DNA of 63,951 nucleotides, the filler included, from Octopus bimaculoides (lineage: Eukaryota), in the NCBI RefSeq assembly GCF_001194135.2. It is 7 parts of 6 records of this genome, joined end to end, with 100 filler letters (N's around TTAATTAATTAA, not from the genome) between each part and the next. Parts side by side here need not be neighbours in the genome. Positions count along the whole stretch, not along the records: positions 35,082 to 57,965 come from NC_068987.1; positions 58,066 to 60,002 come from NC_068981.1; positions 60,103 to 62,668 come from NW_026417475.1; positions 62,769 to 63,951 come from NC_068981.1; 3 more parts are not named here. One strand, given 5' to 3'. The notes below the pieces were generated by a model. The model had not been told where the DNA came from, did not search any database, and was given only the letters and a program-made list of their open reading frames with translations. Position 1 is the stretch's first letter, and the number at the start of each line of letters is the position of its first letter. Positions 51,246-63,909 of this stretch are shown in pieces. A program made the translations under genes and the position numbers.

Positions 51246-51462
51246 AGAAGGTTTGATTTGTGTGAAATACATACACCATGAAAACAGTTGTCATGACTAC
51301 CCATAGTTTCCAGATGGATGATTTCTTTGTGTATTGAGTCCTAGTAATGTTTCGACGATAAACAGACGGCCTTAGATACAATACTCGGGTAGACATAAAG
51401 AGTATAGGATGTGTATTTATATATACATACAAACATACATACATACATATATATAAATAAAT
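51246..51462 (+). mobile_element. Second copy of the 47161 element, inverted
   Basis: Only a few substitutions; identical 5' start AGAAGGTTTGATTTG. Confidence 0.8.
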
Positions 51463-51744
51463 GTGTGTGTGTGTATGAATGTATGTGTGCGCGTATGTAT
51501 ATGTAAATATATTGATTGGTTGATTGACTGAATGACAAACTGAGATGGCTCGTACAAAATGTCCTACTGACAGGCAAGTTCACTACCTACAGCTTACTCT
51601 TCATTTATGATTAATAAAATCGATCAATAACTATCGAATAGAAATCGATAGCAAGAAGAGACGAAAAGCGGCAAAATTAAATTAAGTTTCACAGTATGAA
51701 ATCTATATAAATATATAGTTTTAGGGAACCAAAGACCCCAGGAC

Positions 51745-52110
<366 letters not shown>

Positions 52111-52940
52111 CCACACAGCCCTCCTGTGGCTATATTTATAATACACACACACATACACACATATATAAAATAAGTACTGCACAAAAAAGATTTGGATTTT
52201 TGAAGTCATTTGGGAATTCCCCATGTGTAATGTAGATGAAGAGTGTGATTAATAAGACCAACAAAGCTGACGTAATTTCCGTTTTTATAGTATCTTTTAC
52301 AAACTGCAAAACGTCATAAGTTAGAATTTTTGTAGGCAATAAGGGGTCCCTGAGTGCTTTTATTTGATCCCTATGTAACAGACGACAGCAGTGTCAAGTG
52401 ATCAGCCGAGATATTACTTGACATATTGTTAAAATATATCAAATTTTCATTGTCGAATACCAAATAAGGAAAGTAGCGAAAAAAAAAAAAAAAAACTCGG
52501 GGAAAAACCTTATCTTTTTTTGTTTTTCCAAAATTTCTTTTTCCTCTTCAGTTATAATGAATTACAGTTTTATTAACAATTAAAACTATTTAGACATCTT
52601 ATAACTCATCTCCAAACAAGTACATCATATTTACAATGCTTGGATCACGTTGCCAAGTGAAACAAACGTTATTCAAGCGAATGTGTAACTTTTTTGGGGT
52701 CTTTTTGCTACTTAATTTATTCCATGAAACTACAAAATGGAAGAAATTGAAGAAACTAAGCGAGAAAAGCAATGGAGATTAGACCAGCAAAGAAAAAGGG
52801 AGCAAAGAAAAAGGGGTCAAAGATTGGATAAAAACTAAAGTATAGTTATTGCTCGTCTGCCATATTTCTTTATATTACTCACACTGACAAAGTTAACTTT
52901 CCAAAGTCACCTGTAACACTCTAGTACACACTCACACACA

Positions 52941-52978
<38 letters not shown>

Positions 52979-53114
52979 AGAACACAGACACATAGACACA
53001 TGCCTGTGTATACGAGGTTCTAGAAATAGTGTGAAAGTGGGCATACGTTGTTTTTATTAACAGGCGTGGGTCGTGCAAATTGCTAATGCTGGTAGAGTAA
53101 CTCTTCCTCTATAG

Positions 53115-53350
53115 CAGTGGTTCTCAACCGGGGTCCATATGACCCTAGGGGGTCCACATGATCTTTGGAGGTCCACATGACCTTTGGGGGTTTATATGAC
53201 CTTTGGGGATCCACATGACCTTTGGAGGTCCACATGACCTTTGGGGGTTCATATGACCTTTGGGGGTCTACATGACCTTTGGAGGTCCACGTGACTTTTG
53301 GGGGTCCACGTGATCTTTAGGGGTTCACATGACCTTTGGGGGTTCATATA
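53115..53350 (+). mobile_element. hAT/Charlie-type MITE left end with expanded ~20-bp minisatellite
   Basis: CAGTGGTTCTCAACC terminus followed by about 11 units of GGTCCACATGACCTTTGG(G). Confidence 0.75.
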
Positions 53351-53499
53351 AGATTTTGTTAAAATTAATTTGCAATAAATTGCTTCTACTTCTGCAAAAC
53401 ACAAAATATTTCGTAGTAAAGATTGTTTGCCAACATAACATGGCAGTCCTGGTTTAGGACGAATGTTGCTGTAATTTAGCCTGGTGTCGAAGGATGAAA

Positions 53500-54025
53500 C
53501 AAAGGCTCAGTCACACCTTTTCCCCAACGCCTAGGATGTTCAGAATCCAGCAATGAGCAACGAAAGTCATGGAGACTGTTTTGCAGATGACAAGGGTGCT
53601 ATTCTCCTTTGATCTTTTGGAACATGACAGTGACGGTACTACATTGAGACACTCAAAAAGCTTAGAGAAACCATTCGAAGGAAGAGATCGAAGAAGAATC
53701 TAGAAACGATCAATATTCACTATGACAGTACATGATCAAACCTATGTTCGGCAACAAATCAAGCAACCGGCAATTGAAGCTGGTCTCAATGATCCGCCCA
53801 TTCTATCAAAAAGTCTGGATTTGGTGTCCTTCAATATCTATCTGTTCAGTATAATGAAGGACGGTCTTCAGGGACAATGGTTTAATGGCATAAGCAAAGT
53901 GAAAGTGGCCGTGAAGATGTGGGGTACAACAATCCGCTCCTGAATTTTATCAGAGAGGATCTCAGATTTGAGTTCATCGACGGCGCAAATGCTTCACCTA
54001 AAATGGGGATTTATGTTCAGTTGTA
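53500..54025 (+). mobile_element. mariner transposase pseudogene fragment
   Basis: Decayed KVMETVF.DDKG, YIETLKKLRETIRRKR, YLFSIMKDGLQGQWF...VAVKMW, and terminal GDYV-like segment. Confidence 0.75.
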
Positions 54026-54107
54026 GATTTGTGTAGAGGAAGAATTATTCTTCCTGCAGAGGCAATTCGTTATCGTTGGGATTGTTGATATCATTGTTGT
54101 TGTTGTT

Positions 54108-54310
54108 AAAGGCGTCGAGCTGGTCGAATCGTTAGCAGGCTGGTTAAAATGCTTAACTGCATTTCTCCCGACATTACCTCCTGAGTTCAAATTCAGCCGA
54201 GGTTAACTTCGCCTTTCATCTTTTCGGGATGGAGCACCAGAGTCGATCCAATCGACAACTACCCCTTCCCCAAAATTTTTGACTTCATGTCAATAACAAA
54301 AGAACCATTA
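54108..54310 (+). mobile_element. SINE family A
   Basis: aaggcgtcgagctggtcgaatcgttagc...gagttcaaattcagccgagg. Confidence 0.8.
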
Positions 54311-54440
54311 TTATTGTTGCTGTTGTTATATGGAGACATCGTTACATCAAAATCATTCAATGAAATCATTTATAAAAGAAAAGAAAAGAAAATAGGATAA
54401 TTACAGGAGCTGACTTCAGTGTAACTCCAAACATCTCCAT

Positions 54441-54510
54441 GACGTCATCAACTGCGGCGGCGTAGTTGACGTTTCGATCCAGAGTTAGTGATTCCATCCA
54501 CAGACATCAG
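54441..54510 (-). ncRNA. Degenerate hammerhead-like motif
   Basis: CUGAUG..GAUC GAAAC, 6-bp stem III ACGUCA/UGACGU, GUC triplet; A9 absent, stem I weak. Confidence 0.2.
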
Positions 54511-54593
54511 GCGGTAGTAGATCTGCAGAAGAAACCATTGGATGCTTTAGGACATTACACTTTATATTTTTGAGGATATAAATCTGTCTATCG

Positions 54594-54640
<47 letters not shown>

Positions 54641-54744
54641 AATAGATAGATAAATAGACATATAGACAGACAGATAGATAGATACATACATACATACATA
54701 CATACATACATACATACATACATACATCGGTAGATATCTCTAAC

Positions 54745-54950
54745 CTTTTACTTGTTTCAGCCATTAGAAAGCGGCCATGCTGGGGCATCGCCTTGAAGAA
54801 TTTTAGTCGAACAATTCGAGCCCAGGACCTTCTTTCTTTTTAATGCCTGGAACTCATTCTCTTCGTCTCTCTTTGTCGAACAGCTAAATTATGAGGACGT
54901 TAACAAACTAACACCAGTTGTCAAGCGAGTGGGGGGAGGGGAAAAACACA
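54745..54950 (-). mobile_element. 3' extension module of SINE family B
   Basis: ttttacttgtttcag...gcggccatgctggggca...ccagttgtcaagcg. Confidence 0.75.
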
Positions 54951-55017
54951 GATACAAAGACACACACACACATACACGTACACATGCACGCATACACACA
55001 CATACACAGAAACACAT

Positions 55018-55130
55018 ATGCGAAGGGCTTCTTTCAGTTTCCGCCTATCAAATATATTCACAAGGCTACAGAAGAAGACACTTGCTAAGGTAACACGCAG
55101 TGGGACGAAACCACACAGCCATGTCAGTGC
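55018..55130 (-). mobile_element. SINE family B, internally deleted
   Basis: gggcttctttcagtttccgcct...acgcagtgggac...accacacagccatg. Confidence 0.7.
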
Positions 55131-55229
55131 TTTTCTTCCTTATAGGGCGGGTCTACGAAATAAAAATCCTTTCAAGTCCGGGGTCGATGAAACGATTAAA
55201 CTTTCCCCTAAAATTACTGACGCTCAGCC

Positions 55230-55284
<55 letters not shown>

Positions 55285-55290
55285 TATTAT

Positions 55291-55870
55291 CGATGATTTG
55301 ACTCGGGGTCGTTTTTATTCCGGGTAGAATTTATGTGGGTAGCGGGTAACTATCTGTGACCTGAGGCATCCTTAAGCTTTCAATGGTCTTTTAAGTGCTT
55401 AGAACCCCCTGGTAATCTTTCCTGTACTTAAGAGGAAAACTTTCTGTAGAAGCTCTACAGGACATTCCATTCCAATCTCCTTCAACCATTTCTCTATATC
55501 CTTACACACAGTTGCCAAATGCACCAATTATTATAGGCAGAACCTTGACAGTCTTCAGCTGTGTAAAGTCTTTCTCCAATAGCCTTGTGCTCCATCCGGG
55601 CCAGGTCCTTTCCAATTTGCAATATTTTAAACTTCAGTCTCACTGTATATAGATTAATTCTGACGTCTTGGCACACAGGTGGAAAGAGAAAAGTTGTCTT
55701 TCCACCTGTGTTGGCCACTCTGCACTTTCTTTATGTGCCACCAGCCGCTTCCACAGTTTTCTTTAAAATAATTTACGTTTCTCCCCCAAAAAGCCGCCTT
55801 CTATTTGATTGAAATAGTCTATTCTTCTCAAAACCTTTGCATCTAGCATAATATCTTTCCCATTTCACCT

Positions 55871-55872
<2 letters not shown>
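55291..55872 (-). mobile_element. R4/Dong-like non-LTR retrotransposon, 5'-truncated and internally deleted, inside (TAA)n
   Basis: KNRLFQSNRRRLF, NWKGPGPDGAQGYW (RT domain 0) fused directly to KTVKVLPIIIGA...ELLQKVFLLSTGKITRGF* (RLE end); (TTA)n at 55221-55290 and 55873-55941. Confidence 0.8.
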
Positions 55873-55941
<69 letters not shown>

Positions 55942-56314
55942 GCTGTTGTTGTTGTTGTTGTTGTTGTTGTTCATAATGATTTAATGAAAACTAACAAAGC
56001 TTAACAAGTGAACACGACTTCATTTGCAGTAGTAACCAGGCGTCATTACAGTGATGTATCAGATAACCCACAAATTGACTTCAAGCATATCTGAAATGGA
56101 AAATGTTATGGGGTGGATAAAAATCTATGTAACCAATGGCAGTTTTGGCTTTGATCTTTTCAAGATCGATCAAATAAACATTACTGCGCAAAAAGTGATC
56201 GATTTAATCGACAACACCCTTCAGTTTATTCCAGCATGGCCACCGTGAAATTATTGGCGCCAGTTAAAGTAAAATTGAACATCATTAATTCATGTTTAAT
56301 CGATCAGCTAATTT

Positions 56315-56695
56315 TCACCTATCAACTGAATCATGTTTCATCAATCATCTCAATCATGTTTCCTCAATCAACTGAATCTTATTTCATCAATCAACTGAAT
56401 ATTTTATCAATTAATTGGATCATGTTTCATCAATCATCTGAATCATGTTTCCTCAATCAACTGAATCTTATTTCATCAATCAACTGAATATTTATCAATT
56501 AACTGAATCGTGTTTCATCAATCACCTGAATCATGTTTCCTCAATCAATCGAATCTTATTTCATCAATCAACTGAATATTTCATCAATTAACTGAATCGT
56601 GTTTCATCAATCACCTGAATCATGTTTCCTCAATCAACTGAATCTTATTTCATCAATCAACTAAATCATGTTTCATCAATCATCTGAATCATGTT
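56315..56695. repeat. Minisatellite, ~22-bp monomer AATCAACTGAATCATGTTTCATC with 88-89-bp higher-order unit
   Basis: Marker TCCTC at 56361, 56450, 56538, 56627. Confidence 0.9.
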
Positions 56696-56999
56696 CTTTC
56701 AGTCAGACTTGGATTTACTGAATTCCAGTATCAAAGGTGTCTGGCCTATATTCTATTGGGTTGTTTTGCATAGGTTTCTTCTGGCAGCTTTAAATGTTGC
56801 ACAATTACATTTATAATCTACTGTATTAAACTCAATATACAACAACAAAACTCTAATTTGTTAAGATTAAGGTCAAAACGAACAGTTGCTAGGATATAAC
56901 TCAAATACCTCCTTATCTATGTCTATAAAACCTTACCACATTGAATAGAGTCTGTTGAGATATCAAATATTTCAAGTTAACAGTCTCGTGTATTTCGAT

Positions 57000-57375
57000 T
57001 CAGTGATGATGCCATCATCAGCACCCAGCCTTGTGCCTTCCCTGTGTCCAGGGATTCGCTTGCTAAGACTTCCCTATCTGTTGTGCTGCCAGGTATACAA
57101 TCAGCTTGGCTTTTGTTTCCACTTCATGCTTTGGTGTTGTTCGTTCACACACGTTTTAAGCAGTGACTCATGGTGAATTTCCGGCCAAAATATGATAGCT
57201 TTGTGGATTCGATTCATTACGACAGGTGTCTTTGAACTTTCATCTTTTCTAATACCGCAGTATTTGTTATCCTATCTTTCCAGCTTATTCTGCCAAATCT
57301 ACGAAAGATCCACATCTCAAAGACTTCTATTTTATTTTCCATTGCTCTCTACATTGTCCAAGATTCTGACCCGTT
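57000..57375 (-). mobile_element. RTE-clade LINE 3' fragment, decayed
   Basis: GSESWT..MENKIEVFEMWIFRRFGRISWKDRITNTAVL. Confidence 0.8.
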
Positions 57376-57910
57376 GAGGAAAATTGACGTGGTATAAAAG
57401 TTTACTAGCCTTTAATTTTCAGGTGCAGTATTATATGTTTCTTTATCAGAAGCTAACTTTGAAATTAATTAAAATACTAGGATTAAGAAACTTTGAAATA
57501 TCACAACTTAATCAATTTAACGAAGAAAAAAAAATGACTGCCAGCAGACGTTGCTTGTGGAGCGCCGAAAGAGGATGCAAAGGACTTGACAGCTTTTATC
57601 GCTAAGTAGTTTTTAAACGTATTTTTTCATCAAATACCTATCGATATAAAAAAAGAACCAGGGTCAATATGACCGACTAAACCTTTCAACGTGGTGTTCC
57701 AGCATGGCCGTAGTCCAATGGCAGAAGCTAACAATAAAGACAAAAGAACAGAAACATATATGTACATTCACATACTGAAGTACACATGTTCAAATGCATT
57801 CACTTATACACATTCACACGTATATACACACCAACATAACATATACACACTCTCTCTCCCTCTCACACATACACACCAATACTTATATGCTCACCCATGT
57901 ATTCCACACT

Positions 57911-57955
<45 letters not shown>

Positions 57956-57965
57956 CCTCACACAC

Positions 57966-58065
57966 NNNNNNNNNNNNNNNNNNNNNNNNNNNNNNNNNNN
58001 NNNNNNNNNTTAATTAATTAANNNNNNNNNNNNNNNNNNNNNNNNNNNNNNNNNNNNNNNNNNNN
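57966..58065. other. Artificial scaffold join
   Basis: 44 N + TTAATTAATTAA + 44 N. Confidence 0.95.
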
Positions 58066-59255
58066 AACGCGCACATACATACACACGCACATACACACAC
58101 GCACACGCATAAACACGCACACACACGAACGCACACACTCACACACACGCACACAGACATGCGAACGCGCACATACATACACACGCACATACACACACGC
58201 ACACGCACACACACACACGCACACACGCACACACAGACACACGCGCACACACACACAAACACACGCACACACATACACAAACACACACAGAAACACACAC
58301 ACACATACACACAAACAAACAAATAAATTATTGAGAGTGTAAATCTTCTGTCCACAATAAACTTCTTATAATTCTCTTTAAACTAAATTTTTGCTTTTCA
58401 AAATTGAAACAATCGTTCAATATTTTTTTCTATTTGCTATGCAAGATTCTTGATCTGAACTCGTGTGTTGAAACAATTTTCATTGCATATCGGGAGAATA
58501 ATAAACATACGCATGGTATTGTTTCACTGCTTTTATCATCAAAGCTCAACTACTCGCAGTTAACCATCAAACCAATTAACTAATCAGTTGCTTGATTAAT
58601 CGTTCGGTGAATCAATCAATCAGATTGGTTTGTAAGAGTCCTTTTGTCGACATTCGCGACTTCATGAATGACATGCCCTTTCTACTTCATGTCTGCTTGT
58701 CTAATAGTTTACAAATTCCATATTTATGTTTATAGGGATGTGTGTGTGTGTGTGTATGTGTGTTTGAAAGAAAGAGAGTGAATATGTGTGTCGGAGTAAG
58801 GGCGTGAGCGCGCGGGCCTGCGTGGTATGATGTGAATTTTGTGAGTTTGTGTACGTGGGAGATTCTGAATTAGATTCTCAAAACGAAAATACATTAAAAC
58901 TGTTTACAAAACGCATAATGTAGTAGTTAGGCTGGTGTTTAAGAATTTCTACTCTAAAACGAATGTGTTGAAAGATTAAAGAGAGACAGACTCAAAAAGG
59001 AAAACAGCCAAGACACACACACACATACTCACCNNNNNNNNNNNNNNNNNNNNNNNNNNNNNNNNNNNNNNNNNNNNNNNNNNNNNNNNNNNNNNNNNNN
59101 NNNNNNNNNNNNNNNNNNNNNNNNNNNNNNNNNNNNNNNNNNNNNNNNNNNNNNNNNNNNNNNNNNNNNNNNNNNNNNNNNNNNNNNNNNNNNNNNNNNN
59201 NNNNNNNNNNNNNNNNNNNNNNNNNNNNNNNNNNNNNNNNNNNNNNNNNNNNNNN

Positions 59256-59294
<39 letters not shown>

Positions 59295-59774
59295 GTATAT
59301 ATGTATATATATATATTCATTTAATTGTTTCAATCGTAAGACTCTGGCCATGCTGGGGCACCGTCTTGATATGTGAGATGCTTACAGGGTAAAAGTGTTA
59401 ACAAGAACAGGACAGTGCGAACAAGACAGTAAAAACAAACGGTGTGGGCTGTTGAGCCAAGGCCTCCGCAAAAAATTCCAAATTTTATTTAGTTTGCTTT
59501 GTGGGAAGGACAGTTCCAACGAAGTCGCGTATTGTCTTTGCCTTCGAAACGCGGAGTAGATGGAAGAGGGACAACTGACGAAGGGTTATACTCTTTATGT
59601 TGCATGTCTCGTTTCTCTGTTTGTTTTTACGCTGTTCGAAAAAAGTTCGTTTTCTGTTTTCGTTTTTATGTTTTCATTTCTCATTGTGTTTAACGTTTTT
59701 TTATGTCCTGTACCCATATATGCATGTATGTATACATATAGATGTAGGTATGTACATATATGTATGGATATATG

Positions 59775-59840
59775 CATATATTTATATATTATTTATATAA
59801 TTATATGATCGAACGCCACGCATGCTTTTCCAAGTAAGTT

Positions 59841-59904
<64 letters not shown>

Positions 59905-59961
59905 ATATAAACTTACTTGGAAATGGGTTCAAATGGCGTTCAATTAAATAATAATATAAAT

Positions 59962-59970
<9 letters not shown>
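59775..59970. repeat. Inverted repeat arms around a (TATC)n core
   Basis: TTTCCAAGTAAGTTT / AAACTTACTTGGAAA and GAACGCCA / TGGCGTTC. Confidence 0.75.
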
Positions 59971-59995
<25 letters not shown>

Positions 59996-60002
59996 TGTAT
60001 GT

Positions 60003-60102
60003 NNNNNNNNNNNNNNNNNNNNNNNNNNNNNNNNNNNNNNNNNNNNTTAATTAATTAANNNNNNNNNNNNNNNNNNNNNNNNNNNNNNNNNNNNNNNNNN
60101 NN
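60003..60102. other. Artificial scaffold join
   Basis: 44 N + TTAATTAATTAA + 44 N. Confidence 0.95.
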
Positions 60103-60477
60103 ATTATTATTATTATTATTATTATTATTATCGTTTAACGTCTGCCTTCCATGCTGGCATGGGTGAGGCAGTGAGCTGGCAGAAACAGCATGCCAGACAA
60201 AATGCTTTGTGGCATTTTGTCTATGTTTATATTCTGAGCTCAAATTCTGCTGATGTCAAGTAGTCTCCTCCCCCAAAATTTCAGGATTTGTACCTTTAGT
60301 AGAAGGGATTATTATTATTATTATTATTATTCAAACCTCCAGACTCTCAAAACACAAAAAGAAAAAAACATGGTCTTCTACCATATTTTTTGATAGAACC
60401 ATTCATGAACTGGGATCGCTATTATCAACAAACCCTCTACTCTCAAGATTACTGGCCTTGTGTCTAAAGCAGAAACG

Positions 60478-60622
<145 letters not shown>

Positions 60623-61876
60623 GTTTTAGAGGCAGGATTGTTAGAGTATCATACAAAACCCTTTGCTGTATCTATAGTTCTGCCACTTTATATTCCAAGT
60701 TCAAATCCCCATTGGTTTGATGAATATACATACCAGTCAAATACTGGGGTCAATCTAATCAACTACATCCTTCCTGCCAGTTCAATATTCATTGTAGATT
60801 GGCAGAATTGTTAAAACTTCAGAAGGAATAATTTGCAGCATTTGTTCCACTTCTTTACATTCCAAGTTCAAGTCTCATTGAGATTGAGGTCACTTTTATG
60901 GGCTGATAAAAATAAGATGAAAGAAAAAAAAAATTGCTGAGAGGTTGATAAAATAAAGTGTCAGTCAAATACTGGGGTCAATTTAATCGACAATCTTCCT
61001 TCCCCAAAAGTCAGGCCTTGTGCTTATGTAAGAAACATCTAAAATTGCAGGTGAAATAAACATCAGAGATAGTTGCTCTCTGCAGAAGCTGCTGGAGCTA
61101 CTAAAAGATAATATATTGATAAAATAGATTGCTAAATTTTAAATTAAACAATTTTCATTTTAAATTAAACAATTTTCATTTTAAAAAATACACAATGTCA
61201 ATTCACAATGATCTTAAAATCACATTTGACAATTTTTTCAAATATTGNNNNNNNNNNNNNNNNNNNNNNNNNNNNNNNNNNNNNNNNNNNNNNNNNNNNN
61301 NNNNNNNNNNNNNNNNNNNNNNNNNNNNNNNNNNNNNNNNNNNNNNNNNNNNNNNNNNNNNNNNNNNNNNNNNNNNNNNNNNNNNNNNNNNNNNNNNNNN
61401 NNNNNNNNNNNNNNNNNNNNNNNNNNNNNNNNNNNNNNNNNNNNNNNNNNNNNNNNNNNNNNNNNNNNNNNNNNNNNNNNNNNNNNNNNNNNNNNNNNNN
61501 NNNNNNNNNNNNNNNNNNNNNNNNNNNNNNNNNNNNNNNNNNNNNNNNNNNNNNNNNNNNNNNNNNNNNNNNNNNNNNNNNNNNNNNNNNNNNNNNNNNN
61601 NNNNNNNNNNNNNNNNNNNNNNNNNNNNNNNNNNNNNNNNNNNNNNNNNNNNNNNNNNNNNNNNNNNNNNNNNNNNNNNNNNNNNNNNNNNNNNNNNNNN
61701 NNNNNNNNNNNNNNNNNNNNNNNNNNNNNNNNNNNNNNNNNNNNNNNNNNNNNNNNNNNNNNNNNNNNNNNNNNNNNNNNNNNNNNNNNNNNNNNNNNNN
61801 NNNNNNNNNNNNNNNNNNNNNNNNNNNNNNNNNNNNNNNNNNNNNNNNNNNNNNNNNNNNNNNNNNNNNNNNNNNN

Positions 61877-62130
61877 GCTCGAAATGGTGTCTTTTATGTG
61901 CCACCCGCACAAGCCAGTCCAGGGGCACTGGCAACGATCTCGCTCGAAAATCCTACAGGAGCCAGTCAGGCGGTACTGGCAACGGCCACGCTCAAAATGG
62001 TGCATCTCATGTGCCACCCGCACAAGAACCAGTCCAGGGGCACTGGCAACGATCTTACTTGGCTTGCCGGGTCTTCTCACGCACAGCCCATTTCCAAAGG
62101 TCTCGGTCCGTAGTCATCGCCTCGGTGAGG
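61877..62130 (+). repeat. GC-rich repeat with internal 113-bp tandem duplication
   Basis: ATGTGCCACCCGCACAAG at 61896 and 62009; GG(C/T)ACTGGCAACG three times. Confidence 0.7.
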
Positions 62131-62668
62131 CCCAATGGACAGAAAAGCACACATGTATGCAGATGAAGACTGAAATACATCACCTTATACACATGCACAC
62201 TTCACACAAAGACGCATATGGAGACACACATCCATACATAACAGATGCACGTACATAGTCACAAAAATCCATATACAGACACACTTAGACATGCACACAA
62301 AAGGAGACAGAGGTAGTCATCAGACATGGCCAAATTGAAAAGATAATTCCTTGTAGTATTTAATTTTGTCACTTTGCATTCTGAGTTCAAATAATCTTCT
62401 ATTCAGTAACATCCAATAATTGTTAATTTACCTTTTAACACCAGGAAGGTTCTTCAACATGAAACCATTCAGTAACAGGAATTTACTGCTATGAGACTAA
62501 ATATATAATACATAAATGATATACATACTCTATTACTGAATACACGAGTTCCATTTTTTCCTGACTTATAGAAAATTATTGAACAACTGTGTGTGTGTGA
62601 TTATACATACATATGGAAACATATATGCATACACACACACACACGCACACACACACACACACACACAC

Positions 62669-62768
62669 NNNNNNNNNNNNNNNNNNNNNNNNNNNNNNNN
62701 NNNNNNNNNNNNTTAATTAATTAANNNNNNNNNNNNNNNNNNNNNNNNNNNNNNNNNNNNNNNNNNNN
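62669..62768. other. Artificial scaffold join
   Basis: 44 N + TTAATTAATTAA + 44 N. Confidence 0.95.
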
Positions 62769-62806
<38 letters not shown>

Positions 62807-63186
62807 CGATATATAATATAACATAGAATGATAAACCAAAATATGATATCAAGCAAAAACGCAGTAAATAAGATATGATAAATAGATGATAGCCTTTGAG
62901 CCTGGAAACCAAACACTTGACAATCAGATATTTCGCTATTTATGAGATGAAGATTTAGTGGACTATTATAATAAGAATACGTAATTAGAGGGTCTTATTA
63001 TATAGAGTAAGATATGGTTCAAACGATACCTACAGTCTAGATGACATTCACAATTACGTTAGGGGATATATATGAGAATTGGGGATGTGGCTAGAAGTAG
63101 TTTAGGGGACAGGTTTAAAATATGCAAAGATATAGGAAAAGTAGCTTCAACAAAAATGACAACAACAAGAATAGCAACAGTAATGT

Positions 63187-63494
63187 GGTACTCCGTCAGT
63201 TACGACGACGAGGGTTCCAGTTGATCCGATCAACGGAACAGCTTGCTCGTGAAATTAACGTGCAAGTGGCTGAGCACTCCACAGACACGTGTACCCTTAA
63301 CGTAGTTCGCGGGGAGATTCAGCGTGTGGCAAGGTAGTCCCCATTGAAATACAGGTATAACAGAAACAGGAAGAAAGATTGAGGAAAGATTGCCGGAGCC
63401 ATGTGGAACTTTAGGTGTTTTAGCTCAATAAACAGACAAAGCCCGGGCTGGGAATCGAAACCGCGATCCTACGACTGCGAGTCCGCTACCCTAA
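63187..63494 (-). mobile_element. SINE family C lacking the extreme 5' end
   Basis: Reverse complement of the 8076 copy. Confidence 0.9.
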
Positions 63495-63668
63495 CCGCTT
63501 GACAACCGATGCTGGTGTGTTTACGTCCCCGTAATCAAGCGGTTCGGCAAAAGAGTACGATAGAATAAGTACTAGACTTACAAAGAATAAGTCCTGGGGT
63601 CGATTTGCTCGACTAAAGGTGGTGCTCCAGCATGGCCGCAGTCAAATGACTGAAACAAGTAAAAGAGT
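63495..63668 (+). mobile_element. SINE family B 3' module fused back-to-back with the C copy
   Basis: cgcttgacaaccgatgctggtgtg...ccagcatggccgcagtcaaatgactgaaacaagtaaaagag. Confidence 0.85.
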
Positions 63669-63909
63669 ATATACATATGTATATGTATATATATATATGT
63701 ATATGCATATGTATGTTTGTAGGTATGTATAAATAAAAAATTCATTCTATTTGTATATGAAGATTAACATTTTTTTATTAAGTATATTTGGATAGAACCT
63801 ATCTTTAATTTTCATATATATATATATATATATATACTATATTTTTTTACACAGATTTATTTTGCATGGTAGTCTCTGGAACATATCCCCCATGCAAAAT
63901 GAGGATTGA

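Noticed and set aside
52737-52838. Charged 33-aa ORF MEEIEETKREKQW...
   Set aside because: A/G-rich low-complexity sequence, too short to support
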